Positions 1 to 13,270 are shown, numbered from the stretch's first letter. The stretch: DNA of 64,000 bases from Scyliorhinus canicula (GCF_902713615.1 NC_052152.1:85759228-85823227), one strand, 5' to 3'. Notes: generated by a model not told the origin, from the letters alone. Translations and numbers: made by a program.

Positions 1-332
1 ATAAGAGCCCGCCAGAAGTCTTCGATCGACTCACCAGGGAGTTGTACGCGAGTGGCGAGTACGTGCCTTGCGAAGAGTGTGTTTGTCTTCTGAACGTGGT
101 TCTCTTTAAGGAGTGCCAATGCTTCCGCGTAACTCGGGGCGTCCTGGATCAACGGGAACTCGCTGGAGCTCAACCTGGAGTATAGAACTTGGATCTTCTG
201 AGCTTCCGTCGGCATAGGGGTCGCAGCGTTGATGTAGGCCTCAAAACAAGCCAGCCAGTGATTAAAGTTCTTTCTGGCATCTGGCGAGTGCGGATCCAGC
301 TGCAGGCGATCTGGTTTGATGCTGATGTCCAT
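1..332 (-). CDS. Gypsy LTR-retrotransposon gag N-terminus; the ORF runs off the window edge
   Basis: Manual translation of the minus strand from ATG at 332 gives MDISIKPDRLQLDPHSPDARKNFNHWLACFEAYINAATPMPTEAQKIQVLYSRLSS...LFARHVLATRVQLPGESIEDFWRAL with no stop. The Q.PGES..DF...L motif is typical of Gypsy capsid. It is absent from the ORF track because it has no stop inside the window. Confidence 0.85.
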   Translation of the reverse strand, partial: MDISIKPDRLQLDPHSPDARKNFNHWLACFEAYINAATPMPTEAQKIQVLYSRLSSSEFPLIQDAPSYAEALALLKENHVQKTNTLFARHVLATRVQLPGESIEDFWRAL

Positions 333-360
333 AATGTAGAAAAATCTGACTGTAATAAAT

Positions 361-589
361 TGATGCAAGATCCATTGCACGAAAGACTCAGATTGGTACA
401 ACTGTGGCTTTATTACAGTCAGATGCGTGGCCTCCTGCTGCAGCTGGCGAAGTGGCTGATCAGGAGGAGGTCATGCATATTTATACGGATCCTTGTGGGC
501 GGAGCTAGCCAGCAGGGTCTACCGGCGAACCTGCAGTGCAGGTCCTACCTTACATCCCCTAATACAGGTGCACACAGTGGATCACCACA
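361..589 (-). mobile_element. 5' LTR (~229 bp) of the Gypsy element at the left edge
   Basis: Minus strand reads TGTGGTGATC...GCATCA (TG..CA). It has TATAAATA at 478-485 and AATAAA at 409-414, and lies directly upstream of gag. Confidence 0.8.
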
Positions 590-849
590 AGAAGGCAACA
601 GCAAACCACGGCAGTACTTGACAAGCATAATCTCGGGGCAATGGAATTCTATGGTTGCCAACGCCCTCAGGGCATAGTACTTGAAGGAGAAGCAGGAGGA
701 TGAGGAGGAAGAAACAACTCTAAAGCAACATATATTATTAGCAGACACTTTGGAAAACTTAATCACACACTGCTGACAGGTGTAATGACTATGGTCTGTT
801 GCGCATCCCAGAGTTTATGCACTCCACCATTATCAATTGTGTCTAAAGG

Positions 850-1015
850 TCCAAAGTTTATTTCTCCCCTAAACGTGCTGCCTCTCTTCCTCATGCTGTG
901 CTCCTTTAAGATACCAATTGACACCCATTTCTTTGGCCAAGCTTTGGTCATTTTTCCTAATATATCCTCATATGGCTTGGTGTCAAATTTTGTTTCATAA
1001 TCACTCCAGTGAAGA
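850..1015 (+). mobile_element. Decayed L2-type LINE 3' end
   Basis: ...ccaagctttggtca...ggcttggtgtcaaattttgttt...cagtgaag resembles the L2-type 3' tail as I recall it from shark repeats. Confidence 0.45.
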
Positions 1016-1461
1016 GCCAAGATGACCATCAAAAACAGCTTTTCTTGGAAAACAAAGCATATTTATCTGGAGTTGAGATGTAGAGGAGTTAAACCATGCA
1101 TCATTTCTCGTCATGACACATTGCCCCACCTACTAATTCCCCCCCTCCCCTTCCCTCCCCTCCAGGGCTCACCTTAGATCTCTAAGCTATCTCTGGGGCT
1201 GTGAATGGTGCCTGCCAGTGTACCAATGTGCCCATGGTCTTGTTGCCTGCCTCTTTGGGGAGCTGTGGCTTATGCTGCATCTGGATTGTGCCCTAGTTGA
1301 GGCCCAATTTCTGGGCCTAAGTGTTTACATAGTATTGCTAAACTCTGAATAATTTGTTTCTAGTTTGAACTGTTATCAGGAATGAACTGAACAGGTAATA
1401 TGAGGAACATGGATGAGCATCCATATTTTACATAATCAATAACAACAACTTACATTGAGAG

Positions 1462-1630
1462 AGGGGTTAGTTTAGCATAGTGAGCTGAACAGCTGGCTTG
1501 TAATGCAGAACAAGGCCAGCAGCGCGGGCTCAATTCCCGTACTGGCCATCCCGAACAGGCGCCGGAATGTGGCGACTCAAGGCTTTTCACAGTAACTTCA
1601 TTGTGACAAGAAGCGATTATTATTATTATA
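1462..1630 (+). mobile_element. Short tRNA-derived SINE with (TTA)n tail
   Basis: tRNA-like head (tagcatagtg...gggctcaattccc), then ggcttttcacagtaacttc and an attattatt tail. A near-identical copy is at 14061-14240. Confidence 0.75.
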
Positions 1631-1639
1631 GCACCTGTG

Positions 1640-2470
1640 ACATAAGAACATTCCCTGAGGGCATTCAAGAGGATATGTGGTAAGTATCCAACTCCAGGTT
1701 GAATTGGTTGTTTTAGTGATATGGCCTGAATGAGGTTGTAGAGTTGTGGGAAAAATGTGCATGGACCTGGAAGGCAGCATGTTCAAGAATATTGGAGATG
1801 AAATGATGGTCAGAAATGGGTGGTACATTAGAAGGGTAGAAAGATCTAGATTCTTTTTAAAGTGGGGATGATGATACCAGTTGTGACAGAGAGGGAGGGT
1901 AACAGTGCTGAGGCAAGTGAACAGTTACAGTCCGCTGGTTCTGTGGCAAGCTGTCTAGTAGAGATGAAGTCAACCTGGAGGGCATAAAGAGAGATCAGGC
2001 CTAAGACAATGGGAGTCCACAGGAGGTTTGGCTTTGTGGATAAGAGGAATAGGAGAAGCAGCAAAGGCAATTGATTTTTTGTTTAAAGTTTTGTGACAAA
2101 TAGATCTGTGAACTCACATTTGTTGTGGTAAGTGAGGGTGGATAGGACAGAGGAGCAGTGTTACAGGAGATGATTTCGAATGGAGAAGTCAGATCTGGCC
2201 CAATTTGAAACAGATGGACTTGTGGGAACAAATATGCGGGCTGTATCGTGGGGAATGGTCAGGGTAGGAGAGAATAAAATGTTTTACCAACAACAAGGCA
2301 TCAAAGATGAAGGACAGGGAGCAGATCAACATCTCCAGTAGTAGTGTAATACATGGCCAAAGCTAGGCAGCTAGGAGTGAGTTCATGGAAAATAGTCAGG
2401 GGCAGGGAAGCTTCCTTTAGAGACAAGATGAGCAAATAATGACCCAGGTTTCAGTCAGGGAGAAAACTGC
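1640..2470 (-). mobile_element. Old LINE body fragment (probably L2)
   Basis: Purine-rich + strand typical of an antisense LINE ORF2. Heavily decayed, and I could not recover a clean motif. Confidence 0.35.
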
Positions 2471-2859
2471 TTCGAGAGCAAAAATCAAAAATTTTACAAC
2501 CCTCACAATATAAATGCAATATTTTAAACCTGTGAACATGACCAATTTAGTCAGAAATTAATTACTTGTCAGAGTTTAAAATGTTTCTGATTAGTAATCA
2601 GATTGGAGGTTTACTTTAATAAACAGTTGGTGAGGGAATAAGCCTGGAGATTTTGCTTTTCCTTTCTTCAGTCAAATAAGACCAAATCCTTGATCTCACA
2701 AGCATTGTAGACTCGCACTTTAGAAACGGGAACAAGTTCAGCATGGAAATAAAACAAAATTGGAGGAAAGTACTCTTCCAACGGGAACTGAAGAAGTAAG
2801 GAGCATTGCTGCTCCTTTGTAAGGAGAATGTCAGGTTCCTGAGAATCCAACCAAGGCAA

Positions 2860-3254
2860 CTTTTACTGTTGAGACCCAAACTGTTGAACTACGCCATTCC
2901 CTGGGGAAAACGAAATCCCCAGACAGACTGAATTTATAATGAACTGTGTTAAAAAATATTGATTATTGACTTTGCCTTGTAAATAGTTTAACTTTTTATA
3001 GTATGTTGTAGTAAGGGACCGAAGGGGGGAGTGATGTAGTAGTGGGCCCCTTGAAGGGGCGAGGCCCGGAAGGGTCATGTGGCCCCATCGGCCAGTCAGG
3101 CCATAGCATGCAGGTCCTGGGTTTCACCAGGCAGAATCGATCCTGGAGCTGTGGAAGTCGGTAGCACATCCCAGCACTCTGTATATAATCATAGTTATTC
3201 TAAAAAATAGCTTGTTGTTCAAACCTGCTGGTCGGCAATTACTCAGATATTACA
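2860..3254 (+). mobile_element. Gypsy 3' remnant: pol end, PPT and 3' LTR
   Basis: pol end PDRLNL* (ccagacagactgaatttataa), PPT aaggggggagtga (~3022-3034) and LTR TGTAGTAG...TATTACA (3035-3254). The LTR resembles the one at ~25655-25853. Confidence 0.7.
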
Positions 3255-4199
3255 ATTTGAAATGTGTACAATACGTAACCCCTCTAAATTCTTTCTCAGA
3301 AATGCACATTTACTTTTAAAGAGATAAAATTGGCTGTATATGCTTTGCAACTGGCCATCTGCCCCACTCCCTACTTGTGTATCAGAGCTCTGATTTCCCT
3401 AACTGTCCTATTATTGCTGAAATGATTTAACATAGCTACATACTGTGGATGGGAATTCCCACTATTGGTATGTGGTTACGTTCAATTAATTCATCTTTTA
3501 CAATAGCAACAAAGTACTGGGAAAATAAACTGGAAAATAGAAAATGGTGGAAATACACGAGTTGGTCAGCATCTAAAGTAAAAAGATCTGGTAATGTCAC
3601 AGTTAAAATATTTCATCCGAACTGTGTTTGGAGTCAAGGTCTGTTTGCTGAGGCAGTGCTGTCTAATGCTGTTTTAAAATGTTTGCTCTTTATAAAAAGA
3701 ATACTCACAATGTCCTAAAAGCCGGATTTTTCAGAAGAAGATGGGAACCGTGAGTTGGGAAAGTTCCTGATTTTGGAAACCCATCTCATTAAGAAGGGTC
3801 CTCTCCACTTTATTTTAGTTACAGGGAGGCGGGGAGCGATGGACTCGGGCCTGTTTCTGTTATGTTCTGTGTTGTGGCCGTGGGGACGCTGCACACGAAC
3901 ATCTAGTTCTTTGACTAGTATTATATTTTATGCGACTGTCCTCTAGTACGCCCTACTGCCAACTACCGGATCTGTGGAGCCACATTGTGGATCTCTGTCA
4001 CCACTTGCTGGTCGGAAGCTGTATGGATAACTATATACATTAATAGATGAGTATATGCATTAATGTGTACATGCATATCACCACAGCTTCCTCCAGAGAC
4101 AGGTCTGAGAAAGCGGATGGCAAGGCAGGCAGATAAGGGGGCCCATCTCCATTTATTGAGACATCAGTTGTAACCATGACAGTTAGGCCTTTAAGCCCT

Positions 4200-4400
4200 C
4201 ACACCCCCACCAATACCCCCATGCCTCCCCTATGTCCCTCATAATCTCCATGCCCCCTCATATCTCTCATGCCCCCATGTCCTCTTAATGCCTGCTCATA
4301 TTCTCAATGTCCCTCATTCCATCCATATCACCCATACTTCTTCCATGTTCTTTCTATGCCCCCCCTCTCCATGCTTCACACATACCCATTCACCCAGTAC
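4200..4400. repeat. C-rich low-complexity degenerate repeat (ccatg/ctcat units)
   Basis: Repeated cccatgcc/ctcatg motifs. Confidence 0.5.
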
Positions 4401-5502
4401 CCACTGTTACAGAATCAATGATCCACTGGCAAGTCTGACAAGACTTCAAAATGATCCTAAATACTGACAACACAAGCAGAAACTTTGACGACATTGAAAA
4501 AAGGCTTATCAGGTTCCAACCTTGTAAAAGTGGCAATCAACCATAGCTTTTTATTTGAGCAATGTCGCAAGCTGGAAATTGGAAGCTGGCAGATATATGG
4601 AAAAATAGATATGGGTAGCGTCATTAGTTACCCAGAAATAGTTAGAAGGATTAAAACCACTACTAGCTTCTGGGTAACAATTGTACAGACCCACATTGAC
4701 CCCCCCACAGGCCTTTCCTCCCACACCCCCAAGAAACTACCCCCGACCCTGACTACCCATCCCATAGGGACACTTCACTTCCATGACGACACCCCCAAGG
4801 AGGTTCAACTCATGGGTTTCATCTCCCCTCCAAGAATGCACCCCCCCCCCCCCTCCAGAGCTCCTTCCCCACAGGAATCCACCCCCACCACTGGACTCTT
4901 TACCACCCTCCCCCATCGGCACTCTTTGCCCCTCCATCAGGACTTTCAGTGTCATCCTAGATACCTGACACCCCTGAGACCTGACCTGACATCCCACCCC
5001 CCACAAGACCCCACCTGACCCCATCCACCAAGACTAGGTGCCTATGTTTCCCAAGATGAATTCTGTGTAAGTAGCAGCTCTGTTGGAGTATTGGATCGCA
5101 GAATCAGCATCTTTATTCAGGACATAATTAACTTATTAGAGTCCCTTAACATTAATGAACAAAAAAAACTTCAGATACCTTGGAGACAGAAAAAGACCTT
5201 CAGAAAAATAGGACTATTGGAAAATAGGCCAGTTTTGTCACCCTCAGGCTTCTAGAAAGTGAGATACTTACTTGCCCTTGGTGAAAGGTGACTGCTAGTT
5301 TTTGGGGACTTAATAACATAACTCGAGCTGAAATCACAGCTGGAACAAATCCATTGCTGAAGAAGACTGAGGTTAACCAAAAAACAGTCAAAGCAGTTAC
5401 TATAATGAAGATGGTAAAAGAAGCTATGCGGTGTGCTGGTAGAAAGCAACAGACATTTTCTGAACTCATAAAACTACAGCTTGATTGTTAGAAAACGATC
5501 CA

Positions 5503-6334
5503 GGGCGGGATTCTTCGTTTGCCGACGCGAAAATCGCAAAACCCGATCGGGTGAAGAATAGGTTCCGAGGTCAAAATCACGGTGGATGCCAATTCGAGGT
5601 GTGGTGCCAGTTTTGCTGTTGTTAAAGTACACGAATTCTGTGTTGACATCAACACTATGGGCAGGATTCTCCATTGCCCAATGCCGAAATCGTATTCAGC
5701 AATCGGTCAGAGAATCCCTGTTTGCGACCACATCGGGGCCGGTGCAGTTTTTCAGTTGCTCCGCCCCCTCCAAATCGGCATCATTGAGGCACGCGCCGCA
5801 TGGTGTTGCGATGGCATCAGCACGTCACTTTGTGGCCCTCCCTCGATGCTCCGCCCACGATGGGCCGAGTTCCCGACCGCACGGGTCACGTTTGGTCTGC
5901 GTTTTCATAAACCCGTTGCAGCTGTGGACTGTGCCCAGCGCCGCCACAGTCGGGCGGTATCCATGCTGCTGGCAGGGGGGGTTTGAAGAGGGCTTGGGGG
6001 ACTGGTGGGGGGGTGTCCAGGGGGTGGCGAGAGTGTGCCCAGGGGGACACTATTTGGCCTTCCGTGTCCGCACGCTGCCGGCGCCATGTTGTACGGTGTG
6101 ACTGCTGCAGGTCATCGTCATGCGCATACACGGCCATGGACCCGGCAATTCTCAGTAACGCTGGGAGTTTTACATGGTGTGGCTGCTAGCCCCCCCCCCC
6201 CCCCCCCCCACCGGGCGGAGCATCGGTGCGGGGGCGCCGCCGACTTTTTAATTGTTATACTAGACACTTCCTCCGTGCATAGCCTCAAAATTGGAGAATT
6301 CAGTCCTTAGTTTCAGCAACGGAGAATCCTGCCG
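5503..6334. mobile_element. Harbinger-type MITE containing a second nested MITE (5659-6306)
   Basis: Outer ends GGGCGGGATTC / GAGAATCCTGCC and inner ends GGGCAGGATTCTCC / GGAGAATTCAGTCC. The interior is GC-rich and resembles 16492-17561. Confidence 0.75.
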
Positions 6335-6469
6335 CTGAAAACTCAAATGGTTATATACAGAATTTGCTGCCATATGGTGGGTTTAATGACCAATGCTCTG
6401 TTCCCGTCCCAATTGTTAAATTTATCTGTTAAAGAGATAGACTGTTGACGATGACATTTACCAAGAGCC

Positions 6470-7310
6470 CAGATGTTCCATTGACCTCACCACGTCATTT
6501 TCAGTCATTATTAGCAGCAAGATCTTGACAACATTCAGGCTTGGGCTGATAAGTGGCTAGTAACATTCACACCACTCAAGTGCTAGGCATTTATCATCCC
6601 CAACAAGAGAACATCTAACCTTCTCCGCTTGATATTCAATGGTATTATCATTACTCAGTCCCCCACTCTCAACATTCTGGGTGTTACCATTGACCAGAAA
6701 CTGGACTAGCCATATAAATACTATATTATAAATACCATATAAATACTGTGGCTACAAGAGCATGTCAGAGGCTTGGAATTGTGTCCTGACTCTCCAAAGC
6801 CGGTCCACCATTTGCAAGGCACAGACTGACGGAAGAGTGTGATGGAATACTCTCCACTTGCCTGGATTAGTGAATCCTCACAACACTCAAGAAGCTAAGC
6901 ACTATTCAGGACAAAACTGTCTACCTTATTGATACCTCATCCACCACCTTAATCATTGATTGCCTCAATCACTGATGCATAGTGGCAGCAGTATGTACCA
7001 TCTACAAGATTGACTGCAGCAATTCATCACGGCTCCTTCAACAACACCTCATGAACCTCTATCACTTCGAAGGACAAGATCAGGAGATGCATAGGAATAC
7101 CTCCATCTGCAAGTTCCCCCGACAAGCCGTTCTCTCACTGTTCCCAGGTGAAAATCCTGGAACTCCCTTCCAAACAGAACTGCGTGTGTAACTATACCAC
7201 ACAGACTGCAATGGTACAAGAGGCAGTTCACCAACACTTTCACAAGAGCGGTTAGGAATGGTAATAAATGTTGCCCTAGCCAGCAATACCTATATTCCCT
7301 GAAAGAATAA
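6470..7310 (+). mobile_element. CR1/L2-group LINE 3' portion
   Basis: RT C-terminal remnant (QQDLDNIQAWADKW, ILGVTIDQKL) plus 3' UTR. The same UTR recurs at 35975-36260, 45180-45420 and 46670-46920. Confidence 0.7.
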
Positions 7311-7399
7311 CAAAATTATAGTCCTGGTCAAAACACGAACAAAAAAATAAAGACTATTCTTATTATTTGACGGAGTATGGCATCAACGAGTCACAGTAA

Positions 7400-7960
7400 A
7401 GTTGATGTTAATGAGAATTAGGAGGTAAACTCGCCACTGGTTATGCCTTATGGTTATGGTTGATGGGAGGCCAATCATTTTAGCTCAGGACATAACAACA
7501 AGTTATGGGGCAACACGGTAGCATTGTGGATAGCACAATTGCTTCACAGCTCCAGGGTCCCAGGTTCGATTCCGGCTTGGGTCACTGTCTGCGCGGAGTC
7601 TGCACATCCTCCCCGTGTGTGCGTGGGTTTACTCCGGGGGCTCCGGTTTCCTCCCACAGTCCAAAGATGTGCAGGTTAGGTGGATTGGACATGATAAATT
7701 GCCCTTAGTGTCCAAAATTGCCCTTAGTGTTGGGTGGGGTTTCTGGGTTATGGGGATAGGGTGGAAGTGTTAACCTTGGGAAGGGTGCTCTTTCCAGGAG
7801 CCGGTGCAGACTCGATGGGCCGAATGGCCTCCTTCTGCACTGTAAATTCTATGAATAAGTGTTCCTTCGGACAGAGTCATAGGCCCAACCATCTTTTGCA
7901 GCTTCATTAATGCCCTTCCCTCCATTAAAGTCGTATGTGGGGATGTTCGATGATGCTTGC
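7400..7960 (+). mobile_element. LINE RT fragment interrupted by an HE1 SINE
   Basis: The flanks of the SINE encode degenerate ...GPTIF.SFIN.LPS...VGMF.D motifs. Confidence 0.55.
7507..7853 (+). mobile_element. HE1-type SINE (tRNA head, V-domain, CR1/HER1-derived tail)
   Basis: ggggcaacacggtagcattgtgg...ggttcgattcc B-box, core ggtttcctcccacagtccaaagatgtgcaggttaggtggattgg, tail gaatggcctccttctgcactgtaaattctatg. Confidence 0.9.
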
Positions 7961-9046
7961 ATCAGAAAAATTACCCCCAACTGAGTTCATGATACGAATT
8001 GCTATCCAGTTCAACCTTCTAGCACATGTGCACATCATCGGGTGGGAAGACTACTTCAGCTTTTATGTCCCTATTTTGAAATAACCTGCACAATAATTAC
8101 AGAACCTCACCTTGTTACTGCCGCACTGCTTCTGAGCGGACAATTAAACTCATCTTTATATTATCTGGGTTGGTCACACTTACAAATGCAAAGGTGGGAC
8201 AGAAATGTTGTCAAAGGAATCTGAACACATTTACCTGTACTGCCAGGATTCAAAGGTGCACTTAACTAAATAAATTTTTAAGTGAAGAACTAATACATTT
8301 GTATTTAGCAGTGCATTAGATCACAAGGCAACACAAACAAGTAAATTACATACAGAATGGGGCAGAGATCTGTAAACGCTAATATTCCCTTTAAGATCTG
8401 CACTTTAAAAATGCAGAAGCATCTTCCCTGAATCAAGCCTGCAATTTGTGTTTTCCAAGTAAATATTTGGCAAAATATACTTTATTCCTTTTCACTTTGT
8501 GACACTCTGCAGATAGCTGACAAATAGAGAAGAGGCAACTATAATGATTATCAATGGCTCCTGAGGAGAAAACTGCTGTAATAATGCTGTAATAGAAAGA
8601 CATAACCAATTTGTTGCAATCAGCCATGAACACTGATGGACATGAAAAATATCCGTTCAAATATTATCAATACTGAATATAAAAATCTGCTTGTGGGTAT
8701 TTTTTGTTAGTCTTTTTAGTACCATCATACTATTTAAGCAGAATTATTTTAATCCATTATTATAAAGACTCAAAATACATGTTTTCCTCAAGTGCTGCAG
8801 TTTATCAATATAAAACTTGCTCATAACTTTTTGCCACAAGAAACTGAATTATTAATAAATGATTTGTAGACAAACTTATCCAACTTGTGCCATAAAAATA
8901 GAAATGACAAATTTGAGGAGGAAGCCTGATTTTAAGCATCAAATCATTGCTCCATTTTGGCAGTTTGTGGCAGAATCGTAACTTTCAAGTAGGTGACTAC
9001 CCTGTAATCCCTTCCTACTATTATTCTGTATCATCCACCAAACAGG

Positions 9047-10240
9047 TTAGATATAGAAACATAGAAAGTAGGAGCAGGAGGAGGCCATTCAGCCCTTCAA
9101 GCCTGCTCCTCCATTCATTATGATCATGTCTGATCATCCAGCGCAATAGCCTTATCCTGCCTTCCCCCCATATCCTTTAATCCCCTTCATCACAAGAACT
9201 ATATATAACTGGTTCTTGAAAACATACTGTATTTTGGCCTCAACTACTTTCTGTGCTAACGAGTTCCACAGGTCGACCACTCTTTAGATGAAGAAATTTC
9301 TCCTAATCTCATTCCTAAATGGTCTACCCCGTATCCTCAGGATGTGACTCCTGGGGCGGAATTCTCTGACCCCCCGCAGGGTCGGGGAATCGCCCGGGGC
9401 CGGCGTAAATCCCGCCCCCAACGTGGCCGGAATTCTCCGCCACCCGGGAATCGGCGGGAGCGGGAATCACGCCCCGCCGATTGGCGAGTCCCCTGTGCGG
9501 GTCAGTGTGCCCCCCGTGGCGATTCTCCGGCCCGCGATGGACCGAAGTCCCGCCGCTGACAGGCCAATCCCGCCGACGTGGTTTAAACCACCTCTGGTGC
9601 CGGCGGGATTGGCGGCGCAAGCGGGCCCCCGTGGTCCTGGGGAGGGGGTCGTGGGGCGATCTGACCCCGGGGAGTGCCCCCACGGTGGCCTGGCCCGCGA
9701 TCGGGGCCCACTGAACGGCGGGCGGGCCTGTGCCGTGGGGGCACTCTTTTTCTTCCGCCGCCGCCACGGCCTCCACCATGGCGGAGGTGGAAGAGACCCC
9801 CCCTACCGTGCATGCGCCGGTGGTGACGTCAGCGGCCGCTGACGCACTGGCGCATGCGCGGACCGGCAAAAGCCTTTCGGCCAGTCCCGATGCCGGGCGG
9901 CATAGCGCCAAAGGCCATTGCCGCCAGTTTTGGAGCCGGCTGGCGGAGCGGAAACCACTCCGGCGCGGGCCTAGCCCCTAAAGGTGCAGAGAATTCCGCA
10001 CCTTTGGGGAGGCCCGACGCCGGAGTGGTTGGCGCCACTCGGCTACGCCGGGACCCCCCGCCCCGCTGGGTAGGGGTGAATCCCGGCCCTGGTTCTGGAC
10101 CCCTCCACCATCAGGAACATCCTTCTTACATCTACCCGGTCCATTCCCGTTGGAACTTTATAGCTTTCTGTGAGATCCCCCCTCATTCTTATGAACTCCA
10201 GTGAATACAATTCTAACTAACTCAATCTCTCCTCAAACAT
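9047..10240 (-). mobile_element. CR1 LINE 3' end split by a MITE
   Basis: atagaaacatagaa tail and ggccattcagcccttcaagcctgctc 3' UTR. The RT end resumes after 10091. Confidence 0.75.
9354..10088. mobile_element. Harbinger-type MITE
   Basis: TIRs GGGCGGAATTC / GAATCCCGGCC with a 3-bp TSD CTG (9351-9353, 10089-10091). Confidence 0.85.
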
Positions 10241-10759
10241 ACAGAGGGTGAATCACCATGCATGTAGGAATGACAGTGCCTTTCTTTTAGTGAGGAATTC
10301 AAGATGAGGCCGGAGCATGGCGACTCTCTGCGAGCTCTCTCAGCCAGACCCTTTTAATTAAGTGTGAGTTAAGCTATTTTAAGGAGCTGAATGAAATTTT
10401 ATAACGATTTATTCACATTAATTTTCAGTTCCAATTTTGGGCATGTCAGTGATTTGATTAAAGTATAAATTTCAGAATGGAGCTGCAATGATCTATTAAT
10501 TCTTTCACTCCTTTTACACTCGTAATAAAAGACTGCTTTGAAATGCTTAAGGGGAAGCTGTAACCTGCAGATAGTTGTTAATTTCAAAATTTATTTCACT
10601 CTGTAAAGTTTAAATTGTAAGAAAAGTTAGATATGTAATAAAATCTTTAAAAATTAAATATAACCCTGGTGTGGATTGACTTCATCAAAACAATTTTTGT
10701 GTGAATTTCATCTCAGTAATCATGGATAGAACTCCATTATCTTTGAATCATATGGCTCC

Positions 10760-11426
10760 GAAGTGCAGATTGTCGATCGCTTTAAGTTCCTGGGGGTCAT
10801 CATCACCAAGAGTCTGTCCTGGTTCACTCATGTTGATGCAACAGTCAACAAAGCCCAACAACGTCTCTACTTCCCACGGAAGCTAAAGAAATTTGACATG
10901 TCTGCATCAACTCTCACAAACTTCTACAGATGTGCGAAACTGCAGAGTGTGGTAAACTCAGCTCAACGCATCACACAAGCTTGCCACCCCCACATTGATT
11001 CTGTCTACACCTCCCGCTGCCTCAGGAAGGCAGACAGCATTATCAGAGACCCCTCCCACCCAGGCATTGCCTTCTTCCAGACCCTTCCATCAGGCAGAAG
11101 TTGCAGAAGTCTTAAGAGCCGCACATCCAGACATAGGAACAGCTTCTTCCCCACAGCTACTAGACTCCTCAATGACTCCCCCTCGGACTGATCTCTTCCC
11201 TGTAAGAACACTATTCGCGACGCACATGCTCATGTATTTGCTTTGTTTTGCCCCTTGTTCCACACTGTAACCAATCACTGTTTGTCGATGTACCACTTGT
11301 CAATGTTCTCTGTTGATTATTCCTTTGTCTACTATGTACTTACTGTGTACGTTCCCTCGGCCGCAGAAAAATACTTTTCACCGTACTCCGGTACATGTTC
11401 AATAAATCAAATCAAATAAAATAAAA
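10760..11426 (+). mobile_element. 5'-truncated Rex1/Babar-like LINE 3' end
   Basis: ORF 10763-11191 FKFLGVIITKSLSW..H......KAQQRLYF.RKLKKF...RHRNSFFPTATRLLN, followed by an (AAATC)n tail. Confidence 0.85.
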
Positions 11427-11699
11427 TGGTTACGGAAAGAGACCATTTCACCCATTGAGCACACAGTAGCTCTCTGCAAGACTGGCTAAGCCACTCCAAA
11501 GTCCTTTCCTCGCAAATCTTCAATTGTTTTATCTTCAGATGAATTTGCTTCCATCACCCTCTCAGGCAGGTTTATTTCAGATCTAACTACTAACTGCATA
11601 AAAATGTCCTCTTATTTTGCCTTTTGTTCTTTTGTTAAATACCTTAGATCTATGCCCTCAGGAATTTGACCAATATGTCAAAGGGAACAGTTTCTCTCA

Positions 11700-13270
11700 T
11701 AGAGGCATAGAGTTTTACAGTACAGAAAGCACTTGGCCTGGAACCTTGTATACTATGGTGTTTTCAAGTGTTCGTCTAAATGCATCTTAAATATTGTGAG
11801 GGTTCCCGCCTCTACCACTCTTTCAGTAGTGCTTTCCAGATTCCCACCACCCTCTGGGAGAAAAGGTTGCCCATCAAATCCACTCTAAATCTCCTGCTGC
11901 TTACCTTGAATCTATGCCCCCTGGTTATTTACCCCTCTACTAAGATTTCTTCCCCCTCATCATTTTGTGCACCTCACTGAGGTCCCCCCTTTAGCCTTCT
12001 ATGCTCCAAGGAAAATAGTTCCAGCCTAACCAGCCTCTCTTCATAGCTGAAACGCTCCTGCCCAGGCAACATTCTGGTGAACCTCCTCTGTACCCTTTCT
12101 AGTTCAATCACATCCTTCCTATAGTGTGGTGACCAGAACTGCACACAGTACGCCAGCTGTGGTCGAACAAGCTTTTTATACAGCTCCATCATAACCTCCT
12201 TGCTCGTCTATACTTTGGCTAATAAAGAAAAGTATCCCTTATGCCTTCTTAACCATCTTGCCTTCCTGTCTCGCTGCCTTCAGGGATCTTTGGACATACA
12301 CCCCAGGTCCCTCTGGTCCTGTGAACTTCCTAGCATCCTACCGTTCATTGTTAGGCTTGCCTTGCCTTGTTAGGCTTCCCAAAATACATCACCTCACACT
12401 TTGCAGGGTTAAGTTCCATTTGCTACTGTTCTGTTCATCTGACCAACCCATCCATGCCATCCTGTATCCTAAAATTATTTACCACACCACCATTTTTTGT
12501 GTCATCTGTGAACTTACTGATCATACCCCACCACATTCACATCTAGATCATTAATGCACACTGCATACAGCAAAGGACCCAGTGCTGATCCCTGCATACA
12601 TCACTGGACACAGACTTCCAGTCACAAAACAACCTTCAACCATCACCCATTGCTTCCTGCCACTTAGCCCATTTTGGATCCAATTTTCCAAATTTCCCTG
12701 GATCCCATGGGCTTTTACATTCTTGATCAGTCCCCCATGTGAAACCTTGTCAAAAGCCTTAATGAAATCCATGTAGTACATCAACTACTCTGCCCTCATC
12801 TACACACCTCGTCACAGCCTCGGAAAATTAAACCAAATCTGTCAGACATGATCTCTCCCTGAAAAAGCCATGTTCACTGTCTTTTAATAATCCTTTCCTC
12901 TCCAAGTGGAGATTAATTTTGTCCCTCAGCACTTTTTCTAATACTTTCCCTACCACTGATGTTGAGACTCACTGGTCTGTAATTGCCCGATTTGTCCCTA
13001 CTTCCCTTCTTGATTGATGGTACCATATTAGTTGTCCTCCAGTCCTCTGGCACCTCTCCTCTGGCCAATGTGGATTTGAAAATAAGTGTCAGAGCCCTTG
13101 CAATCTCTTCCCTTGCCTCACATAGTGGCCTAAGATATCATTTGGGCCTGAGGATTTATCCATTTTTCAGTCTGATAAAACCGCCAACACATCCTCCCTC
13201 TCAATGCTAATCTGTTCAATGATATCACAGTCCCCCTGCTTTCTATACCGACAACATCCTTGTCCATAGT
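11700..13270 (-). mobile_element. CR1 LINE ORF2 fragment
   Basis: ORFs LYKKLVRPQLAYCVQFWSPHYRKDVIELERVQRRFTRMLPG and YMDFIKAFDKVSHGGL. Confidence 0.9.

Noticed and set aside
189-677. 162-aa + strand ORF
   Set aside because: It is antisense to the Gypsy gag and LTR and has no protein features.
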